A stretch of DNA of 60,023 nucleotides, the filler included, from Hausera hauseri (lineage: Eukaryota): NCBI GenBank assembly GCA_046269625.1. It is 11 parts of 11 records of this genome, joined end to end, with 100 filler letters (N's around TTAATTAATTAA, not from the genome) between each part and the next. Parts side by side here need not be neighbours in the genome. Positions count along the whole stretch, not along the records: positions 34,255 to 38,625 come from JBJURY010612777.1; positions 38,726 to 43,327 come from JBJURY010509906.1; positions 43,428 to 48,899 come from JBJURY010246849.1; 8 more parts are not named here. One strand, 5' to 3'. Positions 34,847 to 48,201 of this stretch are shown piece after piece (position 1 is the first letter of the stretch; every line of letters starts with the position of its first letter). A program made the translations under genes and the position numbers. The notes beneath the pieces are model-generated. The model worked only from the letters and a program-made list of their open reading frames with translations, had not been told where the DNA came from and ran no database searches.

Positions 34847-37800
34847 TTAGAGGCGGAAGATCGGGGCCGACTATGGACCCAACACGGCGGCAATGGACGC
34901 CCGGCCGTGTCCAACCAAATGGGTCAGAGGGCGCTGGCCGCTGTGGATACCACATTACCCCCACCCCCCGCCCGTGGCAAAGTGAAAACTATAAAGGGTA
35001 AAAAAGAAAGAGAAAAAAACGCAAAAGAAAAAAATATCTGTCAGTCGGTGTTAATGTAGACAAGACATTGGGTGCCTTTTAATGATTTTTCCTGCTATAC
35101 TTGCTGAATATGACTGTGTGTTTTGTTTTTATGTTGTGTATTTGTTTGCAGAGGTTGCAGTTGGGGAAAAAATTGTAGGATTTTGTTTTTAGTGTTGCGT
35201 CGTGCAAAGATGAGTCAGAATAAAGAGAAGGAGGATGTGAAGGAGGAAGAGAGATGGTTGAAGATGAAGGAATGATTAAAGGTGTAGTGGCGGATAAAGG
35301 AAAACAGAGAGAAGTTGGGGTAGAAGTGAAAATTGAATTATGTGAGAGAGTTGAAGTGGAAGATGAAACAGAAGTTGTAGTAGAGAGAGGAAATGGATAG
35401 GAAAAGAGATAAAGAGAGGAGAAAGTTGTGAACCGGAAGTGAAAGGAGTAAAAGATGATGTGTGAGAAGAAAGATGGGAAGAAAGAGCCGAAGATGAGGA
35501 ATGTGTGGAAAAAGAGGGACAGAGAGAGAGAGAGAAAACGGCGAAGTGCAAGGCGAAAGAAAGCGAGAAGATGGAGAAGGCAAGGATGAGTAGTTGGAGG
35601 GTGGTGTGCAAGAGTTTGGAATGATGAAAGGTGTAGATAGAGAGATTGGTAAAGTCGAAATGGTGTTTGATGGAGGAAGTGCTGCAAAAGGAGAAAGCAG
35701 GTTGTTGTGAGGAGATGAAGGAGGTGGTGGAAGGCTTGAAGGTGCAAAATCGGATGGGGAAAAAGATGCTGAACGGTCAGAAAAAACTGAAGTAGAAGTC
35801 TTGGGCGAAAACGTATGAGAAAGTGGATTAAGAAATTGAGCAGAGATGGAAGGTAGATTGTTAGATTGCTGCGCGTCGTGTAAGAATGATGGAGGAAAAG
35901 TGGTTTTGATTGGAGACGTGTCGTCAATGAAGAAGGCCGGTTTAGCATTATAGATGTGAACGGTTATTTCTTTGTCGTCTTTGAGAATGATGATGTTGTG
36001 GGAGTGTAAGCGAATAACTTTGTAAGGGCCGAAATACTGAGGTTGAAAACCACACGGCATCTGATTCTTTAGCCAAACAAACTTGGCAGTGTATAAATCG
36101 TCGGGCATGTAGGGTTTGTTTGCGTGTAACAGTCTGCAAAATGAGTAATTTCTGATCTCAACGAAGTGTCTGCGTGCTGCTTGTATGGTTTCGTCTGTGG
36201 AAGTATTGTCCAGCTCAGTCAGCTCGAATAATGATATGATGTAAGTGCCAAATAATGCTTCTGCAGGTGAACAGCCTGTAGAAGTTTATGGTGTGTTCCG
36301 CCAGCCAAGCAGAACGTACGGAAGGAGTTTGGTCCAACTGCAATTGGACTCAGCAAGAATTTTGAGAGACGTTTTCATTGTTCGGTGAAAGCGTTCGAGA
36401 AGGCCGTTCGATTGGGGATGATATGGTGACGTGTGAATGTGGTTAATTCCCAATCGATTGACAGGAGCTTTAAACAGGTTGGATTCGAACTGTAAACCTT
36501 GGTCCGAGATGATGTGGCGAGGTGATCCAAACCTGCTGATCCAACTGCGGTTTCTGTGTTAGTGCTCCGAAGAGGGACGGTTTCTGGCCATCGCGAGGCA
36601 CGGTCCATCATTATGAGGATGAACTGATGGCCGTTGTCTATGGGTAATGGGCCTACAATGTCAATGTGGACAGATTCGATACGAGACGTGCAGGAAAAAT
36701 GAAATAATGGTGGCTTTAGGTGCTTAGTAATTTTGTATTTTTGGCATGCCACACACTGCCTAACCCATGCCTGCACGTCAGAGCGCATCGACAGCCATAC
36801 TACTTGGTGTTGTAAGAGGCGAAAAGTGGCCTTGGCACCAGTATGATGCAACGAATGTACGCTGTGGAACGCTTATTTTTGAAGCCACTCAGAAAGAATG
36901 ATTTTGGAATTATTAGGTTTGGAGGTGTCAAAGGCCACACCGTCAATGGTATTGCAAGATTTAAAAAATTTAAGGATGTCAAGAAATGGCTGGTTTTGTT
37001 GAAGCTTGGTTTGATGAAAAATTGTTATAAAATCAATCGAGCTGACCGCTCGGGACAAAAAGTCAGCTACTAAATTGTCCACTCAGTTTAAATATTTAAA
37101 GTGAAAATTAAATGTTGACAAATACGATATTCGCCTCTCCTGACGTGGCGAAGGTGATTTCGTGGTGAGAATTTGAAGCAAGGGCTTGTGGTCCGTTTGT
37201 ATGGTAAAAGTTCGTGCAGTTAGGATATGTTTGAAGTGTTTTTCGGCAAGGACCATTGCAAGCAATTCTCGTTCAAAGGTGGAATATCTTTGCTCTTGTT
37301 CCGTGAATTTTCGAGAGAAGAACTCTGGTGACTCATGAAATCCATTTTAACTTGATGGAGGATTGCACCCGCAGCTGTTGTGGATGCGTCGGTGGTTAAG
37401 AAAAGTTCTGCATATAAGTCTGGATAAGCCAGAATTTCCACAGTTTTCAAATTGTCTTTGAGACGATCGAAAGCATTGACTAAATTGGCGGTCCACTGAA
37501 TAGGCTGTTTCTTCTTGCCAGAGCTTAGTGCTGTAAATGGAGCGGTTAAAGTGAAACAGTGCGGAACGTACTTATGAATAAAGTGCAAGGTTCCGAGGAA
37601 AAAACGCATCTCTGTTGATGTACGTGGCAGTTGTATGGTTTTGAGCTGAGTGATGCGGTTCGGCTGAGGTGAATGTCCTAAGGAGCTAATAACATGACCT
37701 AGGAAATTGACCTTTTGTTGAAAAAAAAAAGCATTTAGAGAAATTGATTTGCAAGTTGTTTTGGTGTAAGCGCTGGAAGATTAGACGTAAGTGTTTGGAG

Positions 37801-38625
37801 TGCTGCTTCGAGGAAGAGGATGCAATTAAGATGTCATCAATATAGGGATAGGCGAAGTCTAATCCTGAAAGAACTGTATCGACATGCCTTTGGAAGGTCT
37901 GGGAAGCGCTACGGAGTCCAAAAGGCATAAAGAGGTATTCGAAAAGGCCGAAATGTGTAATGACAGCCGTTTTCGGAATGTCTGCGGTGGTATGCTTTAT
38001 ACAGATCAATGCAGGAAAAGACGCTTTCACCATGGAGCCTGTGAAGGATATCGTTGACTAATAGTAGAGGGTAGGCATCCATTGTTGTTATGGTGTTGAG
38101 TTGGCGGTAATCACCGCATGGGCGAAAGGTGCTATATTTTTTGGAACCACATGCAGTGGTGAAGACCAGAGGGATTTGGATCTTCTGATTATGCCTGATT
38201 TTTCAAGGTCGAGAAACTCAGCCTTCACTGCCTGTCTGCGTCGAGGTGATAGCGGGCGGACCTTTTGCCGGATTGGTCGTTGATGTGCAATTACGATGTG
38301 ATGAAAGGTGGATTGAGGTGGTACGAATGATTTGTCCTTTTGCAACAGACGCGTGAAGGAGGACAAAATGTATTGCTGTAAATCAGAAGGCAACGATGAC
38401 AAATTATCCGATGGTGTCGATGCATCGTGACTGGATGAAGTTGGGGTATGAGTTGTAGACAAGGTGTTGCGACTAGGTGGTATTTGGTGCAGGATGTTTG
38501 TGTTGAAATTGGTGTTGGCAGCTGTGCTATTAGTAATTGGTGCCACGCAGTTGGCAATATCGCATTTGTCACAGTAATAAAAATTTCTATATAATAAATA
38601 ATTATGAAAATAATTCAAATCAGTA
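34847..38625 (-). mobile_element. Decayed CsRn1-like Gypsy copy (RT, RNase H, integrase, low-complexity tail, PPT, 3' LTR)
   Basis: YIDD, TTDAS, VHIDIVGPLP and FGPYKV motifs. Collinear with 1-2330 and 6368-8007. PPT GGGGGGTGGGGG precedes the LTR at 34847-34954. Confidence 0.95.
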
Positions 38626-38725
38626 NNNNNNNNNNNNNNNNNNNNNNNNNNNNNNNNNNNNNNNNNNNNTTAATTAATTAANNNNNNNNNNNNNNNNNNN
38701 NNNNNNNNNNNNNNNNNNNNNNNNN

Positions 38726-39620
38726 ATAGGTTTTGAATGGTCTCATCGATTTTGCTTTCTAGATTCACTGGTTGTCTATGCGGTTTGATGTTAATTGGTG
38801 CGACTTTTGTGTCTATTCTATGCTTGATCAATGTTGTACATCCGATATCCCACTTGTCGGCCATGAAGACTTCTTGGTTCTTCCGCACTATGTCCAATAC
38901 CACCGAGTTTTCGTTTATCCTCAAAATCTCTTTCGCTCTTTTGAATCGTTTGCAACGAATGCGTATCTGCTGTTCACCCTTTCTCCATATCTTTTCTGAC
39001 TATACTCCTGTGTATTGTGTGCTTTGAAAACCCTTCTTTCGTGTCTTGGTTTGTCAAATTGTGCACCACCATCTCCCGATAACTCCGTCGACCATCTTTA
39101 GTGTTTTCACTGACTGTATTTATTTCTTTCGCCTTTGTTGCCACTTGGTGAAATTTCTGTATTTTCGCTTTGATTTGTTCTACACTTTTTTGTCACTGCG
39201 GTAGATTTCTTTTCTCATCTCCGGATCGTCTCAGCAGTGGATCATCAATTCCTCTGTTAGCGCTTCCAGTGTTATTTTGTGGCTAAGTATGCTCTTCGCC
39301 AGCTGTTCGATTTTGTTGAAATATGCGGCCAGTTTTGCTCCCTCATTCTGTAGTCCAAGGCCTCCCTTAGATCTTTGCACAGCGTTGTGGGTTTTGCAAA
39401 GACTTTTTTCAACCGGTTTTTGTACCCTTTAAGCTTGTGGCTTACCAGATGGCATTTTTCTGCGCCTCTTCCGCCAACAGACACAGGACCGCTGTTTCTC
39501 GGTCCGTCTCCGACTTCTTTATGAAGTCGAAGTATATTCTTTGGGAATCGTAATTCTTTGAGCATCAATTTCTTCTCGAAGAAGTCTCTTGAAGCGTTGG
39601 TCGCCATGTTAGTAGATCAC
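38726..39620 (-). pseudogene. Gypsy gag and RT N-terminal remnant (another family)
   Basis: VFMADKWDIGCTTLIKHRIDTKVAPINIKPHRQP..LESKIDETIQNL is the Gypsy pre-RT pattern; the upstream frames are gag-like. Confidence 0.7.
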
Positions 39621-39839
39621 GTCTGTACCATACGGACCTCAACATCACTCGATGACTGTAAGATAGAATTATCCATAAAAGATTTCTTATAACGGTTTAT
39701 ATAACATTTATCTCCTTCATTCGGGAAATTAGGCTTATTTTCCTTCTTTTCTGAATTTCCTGACTTTCTGTTAGCCGTTTACTCAATTATCTTTGAATTA
39801 AATTTAAACGTTAATATCCGTTTAAATTTCTCCTCACAG

Positions 39840-41056
39840 AGTAGACAGGTGCCATTAAGCGAACTAATCCTCAAATCAAAAGCTGAACAGATTGCGAAGG
39901 AGCATGTATTCAATGCATTCACAACATCAACAGGGTAGCTAGAACGATAGAAACAACGCAATAACATTAATTTTAGGAAAAAGCATGGTGAAAAACAGGA
40001 TGCAGATGACTTTGGTGCTGAGCGATGGATCGCCGATGTGCTTCCAGATCTGCTGAGAGACGTTAATCCATCCAACGTGTTCAATGCTGATGAGACAGGT
40101 CTGTACTGGAAAGCACTTCCAGACAGAACATTAGCGTTCAAGAACTCAACCGTGTCTGGTGCCAAGAAAAGATTAAATATTCTTCTTGCTGCGAACATGG
40201 ATGGATAGAAAAAGTTAGAGCCGTTAGTAATCGGAAAGAGTCAGAATCCACGATGTTTCAAAAACGTTAAGAACTTTCCAGTTATGTATGGCGACAACCG
40301 CAATGCTTGGATGGTGTCTGACCTATGGAATAAGTGGTTACTGAAGGTTGATCGTTCGATAAAACTCCTAAATAGAAACAATCTGTTATTCTGTGACAAC
40401 TGCGCATCTCATAAAACCGACGTTAAGCTGACGAACATTAAAATAATCTTCCTGCCACCAAACACGACGTCGTTGATATGGGAATCATTGGGAATTTCAA
40501 AAAGCACTACAAGTCTCTCATGCTACGTCACCTCATTTCAGTCATCGATACCACCACTATAGGTACTGCAGTTCAGATAGCACGAAAGCTGTCTCTTCTT
40601 GATGCACTATACATTGTCAAACAAGGATTGAACACGATTGCAACAACAACAATTGCGAACTGTTTTCGACGCACAAGCTTTGTGAAAGAGAGGCCTACAG
40701 ATGCAAACTCAGACATAACACTCGATGAGACTATCATTTACAAACCGGATGATATAAACATGGATGAGTTCGTTATTTATGTTTCTATAGATGATGATGC
40801 ACGTGATTCGATCGGTCTAACAGATACCACGGATGTTGCCCAGTCTGAAGATGTCAACGACTCTGAACCAGCAATCGTTTGCCTACCCTCAACCATAACA
40901 ATGACCTTGCAGGCCACTGATGTCGTTCGCAAATTCCTGGAAGCGAATGGCTGCAACAACTATGATGATGGTGTATCAGATGCAGAATAAACTTATCGAG
41001 CTCGGACAAAAAATGCAAAGCAAAGTTCTATTCTGGATTATTTCAAGAAACTTTAA
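39840..41056 (+). pseudogene. Tigger/pogo transposase (CENP-B HTH plus DDE_1)
   Basis: HGEKQDAD...VFNADETGLYWKALPDRTL...LVIGKSQNPRCFKNVK...NAWM...DNCASH...FLPPNTTSLI. Confidence 0.92.
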
Positions 41057-41473
41057 CAAACTTGTTCCTGCATATCACTGTGGACTACAACAGTTTTATT
41101 AAAATTTAATTTCATGAATGTGCGTTTGTGTTCGAAAAATAAAGCAAAAAATTACATACAGTGTGTTTCAGTCTCATTATTTCATTTATGAGTCTTCTTA
41201 TAATTTTATTTTTTTACGTAAATTAAATGATCAAATGTTAGAATTACTTCATTACTTCATTTTACAATTTTTGAAGTCGGTTTAGGGGGCGCAACTTTCT
41301 GTCGAAGTTTAATGATGAATTACTTTTATATACAATTGATTTTATATTATTGATTTATAATATTGAATTGCATGCATGCTTTTCAATACATGCTACACTG
41401 AATTGCTATAGTTATGGTTTTGTAGATTCACATTATTCGATTTGTGATACAAACCCTTATTTCTCTTGTCATT

Positions 41474-43327
41474 ATGGCTGCATTAACTACCAGAAGTTCA
41501 AGTAGGCATTCTGTCTTCGGTGATGCTAAAGAACTTTGCAGAGATATTATTCTTTTTTGTTCAGATGTTTTCNNNNNNNNNNGGTCACTGTGAAAAAGAC
41601 ATCAAAACGCGTGGCATGTGATGTTAAGGACATTTATGTTAAAGGCAGCATATCAACGATTGATTTGAATAGTATTGAGAGAAAAGTACAGCGTTTAATT
41701 GACAGAGGTAGCAAACTCAGAAAATATTCGAAGACTAGCGTAACTCTACATCTTACAAAGAATCTGTATCAAGTTTCTCTGATGTATTTGATGTGTGCAG
41801 TTGTAAATGCTATGACCTTGGAATCCATGACAGGAGAAGTTGTAGGTGTAAGATGAAATGCAAGATACCAGAGCTAGAGTGGCCATTCTGGATAGATCAG
41901 AAAAGCAGCAGAAAAATGATGATCGGGAAAATAGACAAGACTAAAAGTCTGAAACTGGAAAAACGTGAGGAAGGGAAGCGAAAGTTCACATCATTATGCT
42001 AAGAAGTGTCAACAAGTGATATAAAAAGCAACACAGTACAAGAAGATGATGATGCTGCTGGGGTTGAAGAAGGAGAAGACAGTGATAAAACTTCTACTGA
42101 AGGTACGACTGCGGTTGGTCATTCTCAAAATCGTACACAGTATCTGGAACTTTGCAAAGTTCTGGATAGGATACATACTAGCAATAGAAATGATTGTGAA
42201 TGCAGTACTAAAGGATCTTGGAATTTCACTATCTGCCAACATTCTAGATCCAAGTAAAGTGAAATGACAGAGAAAGCACTGGAGAATAAAGTTAAGCAAG
42301 GAACACAAGGCAAGCCATGATGGCATAGTGTGTTTGGAATTTGATGCAAAAATAGATGAGACAGCTTGTAGTACCGCAGTCGCGGACACAACTCGTGCCT
42401 TCACAAAATGGCGATGACTGGGATGCAGTCGAGTCTTTTCCAGCTGTGGGTTTTGTTGGTGTTCTCCTACTCGCGCTCGTTGGCGTTCAGATCACAGATA
42501 GCTGTTCAACTACAATGAAAGGCTATTGAACAACTTCACCATACTATTGTCAGAAAATCAGTGAATAACATTATTTATTTTTTATCAAATCGAGATGTTT
42601 CCTATTTGTATCTTATACAGAGCAGCTTTTGTATACAATAAATTTGTGATGCGGTTGTCTCTGTAACGCCACTATACACTTAAAATGTATATAGTTACAT
42701 ATCTGTATATTGTAATTATAACTGTTAAACCATGTATAATTTTACTTATCAATAAAATCGATTTTCTGTTTATAACTTTTTCCTATGGAAATGACTAAAT
42801 TATCACTGGAATTAAACAGCTGTTACCATTGGAAATGTTCGACGAAAATTTAAGGAGGCGCATTATGTGTTGGTGTCATTTCCAGATGGCCACTATATAG
42901 ATCACATTGTGCCCTAGTCAGCAAAGCCTCAAGATGTTTCCAGTGAAATTTTGTCGACTATAACAGAATATAACTCTGAGTCTACTATTAGAGCAGTGGT
43001 TTGTGATAGGACTGCAGTTAATACTGGTAAACACAACAAAGTCATAAGAAAGTTAGAGCTTAGTCTTCAACGCCCTCTTCAGTGGTTAATTTGTATGCTA
43101 CATTGCAACGAATTACCATTCAGAAAACTGATTGAATCTGTTTGCGGTAGGACTACTGGACCAAGGTCATCTGAAAGTAATGTGCTGGGTTATTTAGATT
43201 TTGATCCATAGCAGAAAGAAATTGTCAAATTTCAACCATTACAGGGACAAGTGGTTCCTATTGAAGAGTGCTGTTTGTGATTTGAGTGCTGATCAGCTGT
43301 ATTTGTATAGAATTTGCCATCTTGTTC
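41474..43327 (+). pseudogene. hAT-superfamily (hATm-like) transposase, interrupted at about 42372-42848
   Basis: WPFWIDQKSSRKMMIG, LEFDAKIDET, and CDRTAVNTGKHNKVIRKLELSLQRPLQWLICMLHCNELPFR...GRTTGP (CxxH motif). Confidence 0.75.
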
Positions 43328-44441
43328 NNNNNNNNNNNNNNNNNNNNNNNNNNNNNNNNNNNNNNNNNNNNTTAATTAATTAANNNNNNNNNNNNNNNNN
43401 NNNNNNNNNNNNNNNNNNNNNNNNNNNGAAATGTTGTTTCAAAACAGACCAAACAACATCAACCAAATACAACATAACGTCGAGAACATCTCCGCCAACT
43501 TCATACACGGTGTCGAATCCAACTCCACGTACACACGACGTCGATATCACTCCGTCAACCTATGTTTATTAAAATAAACCTTCTAATCTGAAGTTGTTGT
43601 TTCCCCACGTTTTCACCAGTAGTTTTATCTACTGCATTTTAGTACTTGTATTGTGCGACCTATACAAGGCTTTTGCCCAATACAAAACAACTAAATGTGT
43701 AAAACAAACTACTTGACAGAATGACGTGAAATTTTACATGTGCTCTTATGAAAGATGACATGTCAAAATACACTAGTAGGCTTGATTCTAAAGCTTCCTA
43801 ATAGATGACGTTTACCAAACTTTTCATCCCGCCCTCGTATGTCTGTCAAAATTACTTTACGAAAACTTCAGTTCGAATTTGTTTAACACTGTTTTAATGA
43901 TATTCATACATTCGGCATTCATTTCACATTTGAAGAATAAATTTGTCAATGTCGCTTAACGCAATTACTTATTCAGTCTCAAATTAATGCATATGTTAAA
44001 CTTTATGAGAAAGCCTAATGAAACAAAATAGTGAATTTTAATGTCTTTTAAAATTTCGACATCGACAAAAATTCCGGAGTGTAATACTTGATTTCTGACA
44101 CAGAATCCATGGAGTTTTCAGTGTCTCTCCATTCTTCAAATTTTTATCCTAAATACTTTCTTATTGTAGATGACCTTATCTACGTACATGAATAGCGACA
44201 ACAATGATAGTTCCATTGTTAATAACGGACAACATTTCCAGTATACGATTTTCCATTGTCTAATGTTTCATGTATGAGACCATACTGACATTTTTATTGA
44301 ATCACCCATTATTAAACCAGGTCAAATTTCAGGTTCACATATATTATAAAATAGTTGTAAAGGGTTGTTTGAATTTTTGTCGACTTTGTTGCGTTTTCCT
44401 GAATAAATAGGAACAAATTCTGAATCTATTCTTTAATCCAG

Positions 44442-44857
44442 GATATAACACTTATGCTGATTGGTGGTCTTATCGTGGCTAAAACAATCGAAAAACAAAA
44501 TCTTCACAAACGGCTGGCACTAAATGTTTTGAGATTAATGGGGGTTAATCCAATGATGTAAATATTTGCTAAATTCTCTTTCATTACACTTTCATAGGCA
44601 GTATCTCGGCTTTATGATTTCCAGTTGGTTTCTATCGATGTGGATCAGTAATACAGCAACGGCCGCTATGATGCTTACACTTGCATACGCTGTGATAGAG
44701 CAATGGAACAAAGTACTCGGGATTAATCAACTTGAGGAACATACGGAAAATAATGGAGTAAAGAACAATGGTTTGGGGCTTCGAAATGTTATTAACGTAA
44801 TGTTCGGAATTTAGCAATCGAACCATACAGTATGGAAATGAACGAGTTGGATAAAAG
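44442..44857 (+). CDS. Three exons of a host SLC13 (Na+/dicarboxylate or sulfate symporter, INDY-like) gene
   Basis: Exons 44442-44557, 44598-44770 and 44815-44857 with GT-AG introns give DITLMLIGGLIVAKTIEKQNLHKRLALNVL...LGFMISSWFLSMWISNTATAAMM (SNT motif). The third exon is less certain. Confidence 0.88.
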
Positions 44858-45067
44858 GTAATTCAGTATTTCCCTATCAGCTTTTTAAATATTACTCGAC
44901 TTTAAAGATTATTAGAATATTTTGAGTGTCTTTGTGTGTAAGAACCATGAATTACTCTCAATAAATTTTCTTATCCACGAAATCTTGAATAAAATCTTTA
45001 GTTATCACATGATTGGCCGGATTCATGAGATGTATTTTCACTTGTACAGTATCACCCACAAACCTAT

Positions 45068-46245
45068 GGTAGGTAGAAGTGATCTCTCCACCGCACTTCT
45101 CTGATTGGTCAGTCGACTAGTTTTCCCAACCTGATTGGTTATTCTGAACATTTCACTAAAAATTTCGGATGACCCCCCTCCTGGTCGAAAAGAAGGTCGA
45201 GCAATGGACTTTCAACCGAGTGATATGGATAGCACGTGACGAGCTGAGCAAAAGTTAGTAGCGGTGCGGCTTTGAGAAATGTAAGGGAGAGGCGCCAGAA
45301 GAGGAAGAAGCTAAATAGGAAATGCGTCACGCGTAACGAGAAACGTGTTGCTAGCACTGACAAAATGTGTACAAAGGATAAATCGATGTTGGAGAATCAA
45401 ATAGATACGGTTGCAACTCAATCAGATTATGGAAACATGGGGAAAAATCGATGGAAAAATTTCAAAGGGGGGAAATTTTCCATTACACAAGTCAAATGGC
45501 GATGGAAATGGGTTAAGCTCATAGCCCATCAGTAGTTGAGCATTTCATATTATAGCCGCCTCACGATCGGACCAAAGGATCCAGGTGAAAATGGCAACCG
45601 AACGAACAAATAAACCGAAAAACGCATTGTTATAAGTCTAAGTCAAAATCAGTGTAGTAGGTAGAAGTGCCATTTCGTCCTTACTTCCTCAAAAGTGTTC
45701 AGATGGACCTCGGGCCTAGTTTTCCCCACCTATCTCACAATTCTGAGCATTTCATGTTTTGTGGTCGGAGACCTCCCCAGCCGGAAGCACATGTCACATA
45801 TCGCACATGTTACCGATGGAAATCGGTAGAACTCGATGAGTGGAGAAATATTTTCTAGTGCGGCGCGAGTCGAAAATTTTACTGGGCGGCGCTGGAAGCA
45901 AAAGAAGCAAAACAGGAAATGTTTTATGAGAAACGAGACACGAGTTACAAATTGCGCAATGTTCGGTGCAAATGTCAAATCAATGTCGGGGAATCGAATG
46001 CACACAATTTCAACTCGTTCTGACCATGGAAATATTGGGAAAAATTGATAGGAAAATTTCAAACTGTAAAAATTTCCCATTGTTCAAGTCTGCTGGTTGT
46101 GGAAATGGGTTGAGCACGCAGCCCATCAATAGTTGAGCATTTAATATTATAGCCGTCTCACGATCAGACGAATGGATCGGGGTGAAAAATGCAACGAAAA
46201 CGAACGAACGAACGAAAAACGCATTGTTAAAAAGTCGAAATCTCG
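45068..46245 (+). repeat. Two tandem ~590-nt repeat units starting (A/G)GTAGGTAGAAGTG; candidate Polinton terminal repeats
   Basis: Units begin at 45068 and 45656. Their 3' halves (about 45290-45650 and 45886-46245) align, and they abut Polinton genes. Confidence 0.6.
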
Positions 46246-46384
46246 TTTTGTTTTGTAAAAAGTCGTGTACGACGACGACGACGACGAGCTCATGATTGAC
46301 TACTACTACAACTACTCACAACTCACAAGGAGAACGATTGTGATGAAAAGTCACACGTATCGTATTGTTTCTCATGATTTGATC

Positions 46385-46775
46385 AAAAAGACAGCAATAA
46401 AATAATACACATATATTTCACAAAAGTGATTGTAATGTACGCCACAATAAGCAGTAATGTCCTCACAGTATAGTCATTGGATGGTGATAATGAACTCTAT
46501 TATATTCAACACGGTATGATGATTGCCGTTCAATTTGAGAAACTAACCATGACGGATAGTAAAATCCGAGCGGATCGAATACTCTGACGACGTTGGTCGG
46601 ATGGTGGACGTACACAACAATCCAAGGTTCACCCGGCAACAATAAAGTGTATGTTGACAATAAAGTCGCCTGTTTGTCATAAATCACGCGGCACACGGTC
46701 CATTGGAAACACTCCACGAAATTTCACGCCCAAGAGCAGTTTTCCGTAGTGACTGAGCTCGCTAGAGCTAAATGT
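46385..46775 (-). pseudogene. Polinton/Maverick adenain-like cysteine protease
   Basis: FRGVFPMD..P, PGEPWIVVY (PGEHW-like), FDPLG and GHYCLLW motifs. Confidence 0.8.
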
Positions 46776-46851
46776 GAATTAAGTATAATAGTAATAGTAG
46801 TAATAAATTACTTCATAGTACTACGAAGAAGTGAGACACAGCAGATTTTAT

Positions 46852-48085
46852 TTATACAATGACGGTTCCGTTTTTCGTTATTTCAACCTCGGCATCAAAT
46901 ACACCGTAAATGTAAATCACGGTAGATTGCTCCAACGCTTTAGCAAAGTGAACCTCCGGTCGTTGGTTTCCTTACTGAGGTAGTTGAGTCTGTTTAACGT
47001 CATAATCTGGAGCCAGGACAAAGTTGAAGAATGGATAGGTGGACTTGAAGAAATCCATCGATATGCCATTGTTGACATTTTTGTTTAGCAAACCCATGTT
47101 GAGCACAATAAATCGCATATATGTGCAAACAATCATAAGACTCAAAGTCTTTTTTGTACGTCGCAAAGAAATCCGCATTCAGACCCAAACTGATGTAATT
47201 CACATTTCTATGGGTAAACGTTTCCGAATGGGTGGTATAACTGCCCGTTTGTTGAACAGTCGTTTGAAATTTAACGAGCACAAATTTCGGCAATCGCATG
47301 CCGCCAAACAGTGCATCTTTGTACAGCATAGTTGAACCTTTGGGTACGGTGTAAAAGACAAGTTCTGTGCATTGTATTGGGTAACAGGCATTTTGTGTTT
47401 CCAAGCACAATCGATGCCCCATGGGCCCAGATGGTTCTACCTTTACTCGACGTACTTATAATTGTGCCTGGGTAATTTTCAGTATGGGTTTGAAATTTGC
47501 AACTGCAGTTTTCAAACAAAAGACACTGCCGCAGCGTTTGAGCCAAATCATGGCTTTAACACCGAGCAGTATTTATTTCGACTGATCGAAAAAGGTCAAA
47601 GTACAGCGGTCCACACATTGTAAATGCTTTTGATTCTGCCACCCATGCCTGACAATTTGCTGCAGTGGCTTCATATCCGATGGCTTTCGTCAAGTTAGTC
47701 GTTTTCGTGTCAGTACTGTAATTCAGAGCCGTTTCAATGAGTGCTTTTATACTGTATAGACCGGTGTTGCCTTCGATTTTGACGCTGTTTAGAGTCAGTG
47801 AAGCCTCCTTGAACAGTGTGAGAAAAGGTAATTGGCCGGTGTGACAGTGTCTGTTGCAGCGAGAACTTCTGATGCATCCTTTTTGACAATGACTTTTACA
47901 TAGACTAGCGTATCGTTCAAATCCAGGTATTCATTGTCCGATGCCATAATGTTGAATTGAATTTCAATGTTATCGTCCGTTGAAACCGAATCAACGGGGT
48001 AGATTTCTTTAAATTCCACATTGTCAATAACAACGTGTGGTGCGCCTTTGTCAAATATACACAATTCAGATTTTGCAGATGCCAT
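46852..48085 (-). pseudogene. Polinton/Maverick major capsid protein (double jelly-roll)
   Basis: KSELCIF...EIYPV...IQFNI...EYLDLNDTLVYVK...PANYLFSH; LFGGMRLPKFVLV; FFNFVLAPD. Frameshifted. Confidence 0.88.
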
Positions 48086-48201
48086 TTGTTTGTCTGTCAA
48101 TCGACAATCGTACGACGACGATGTTTGTTTATAGTTGATGAGCTCGATGATGCTTTACGGCGTTTTCTCAACTATTACCAGCGAATTGTTTTTTGACTGA
48201 T

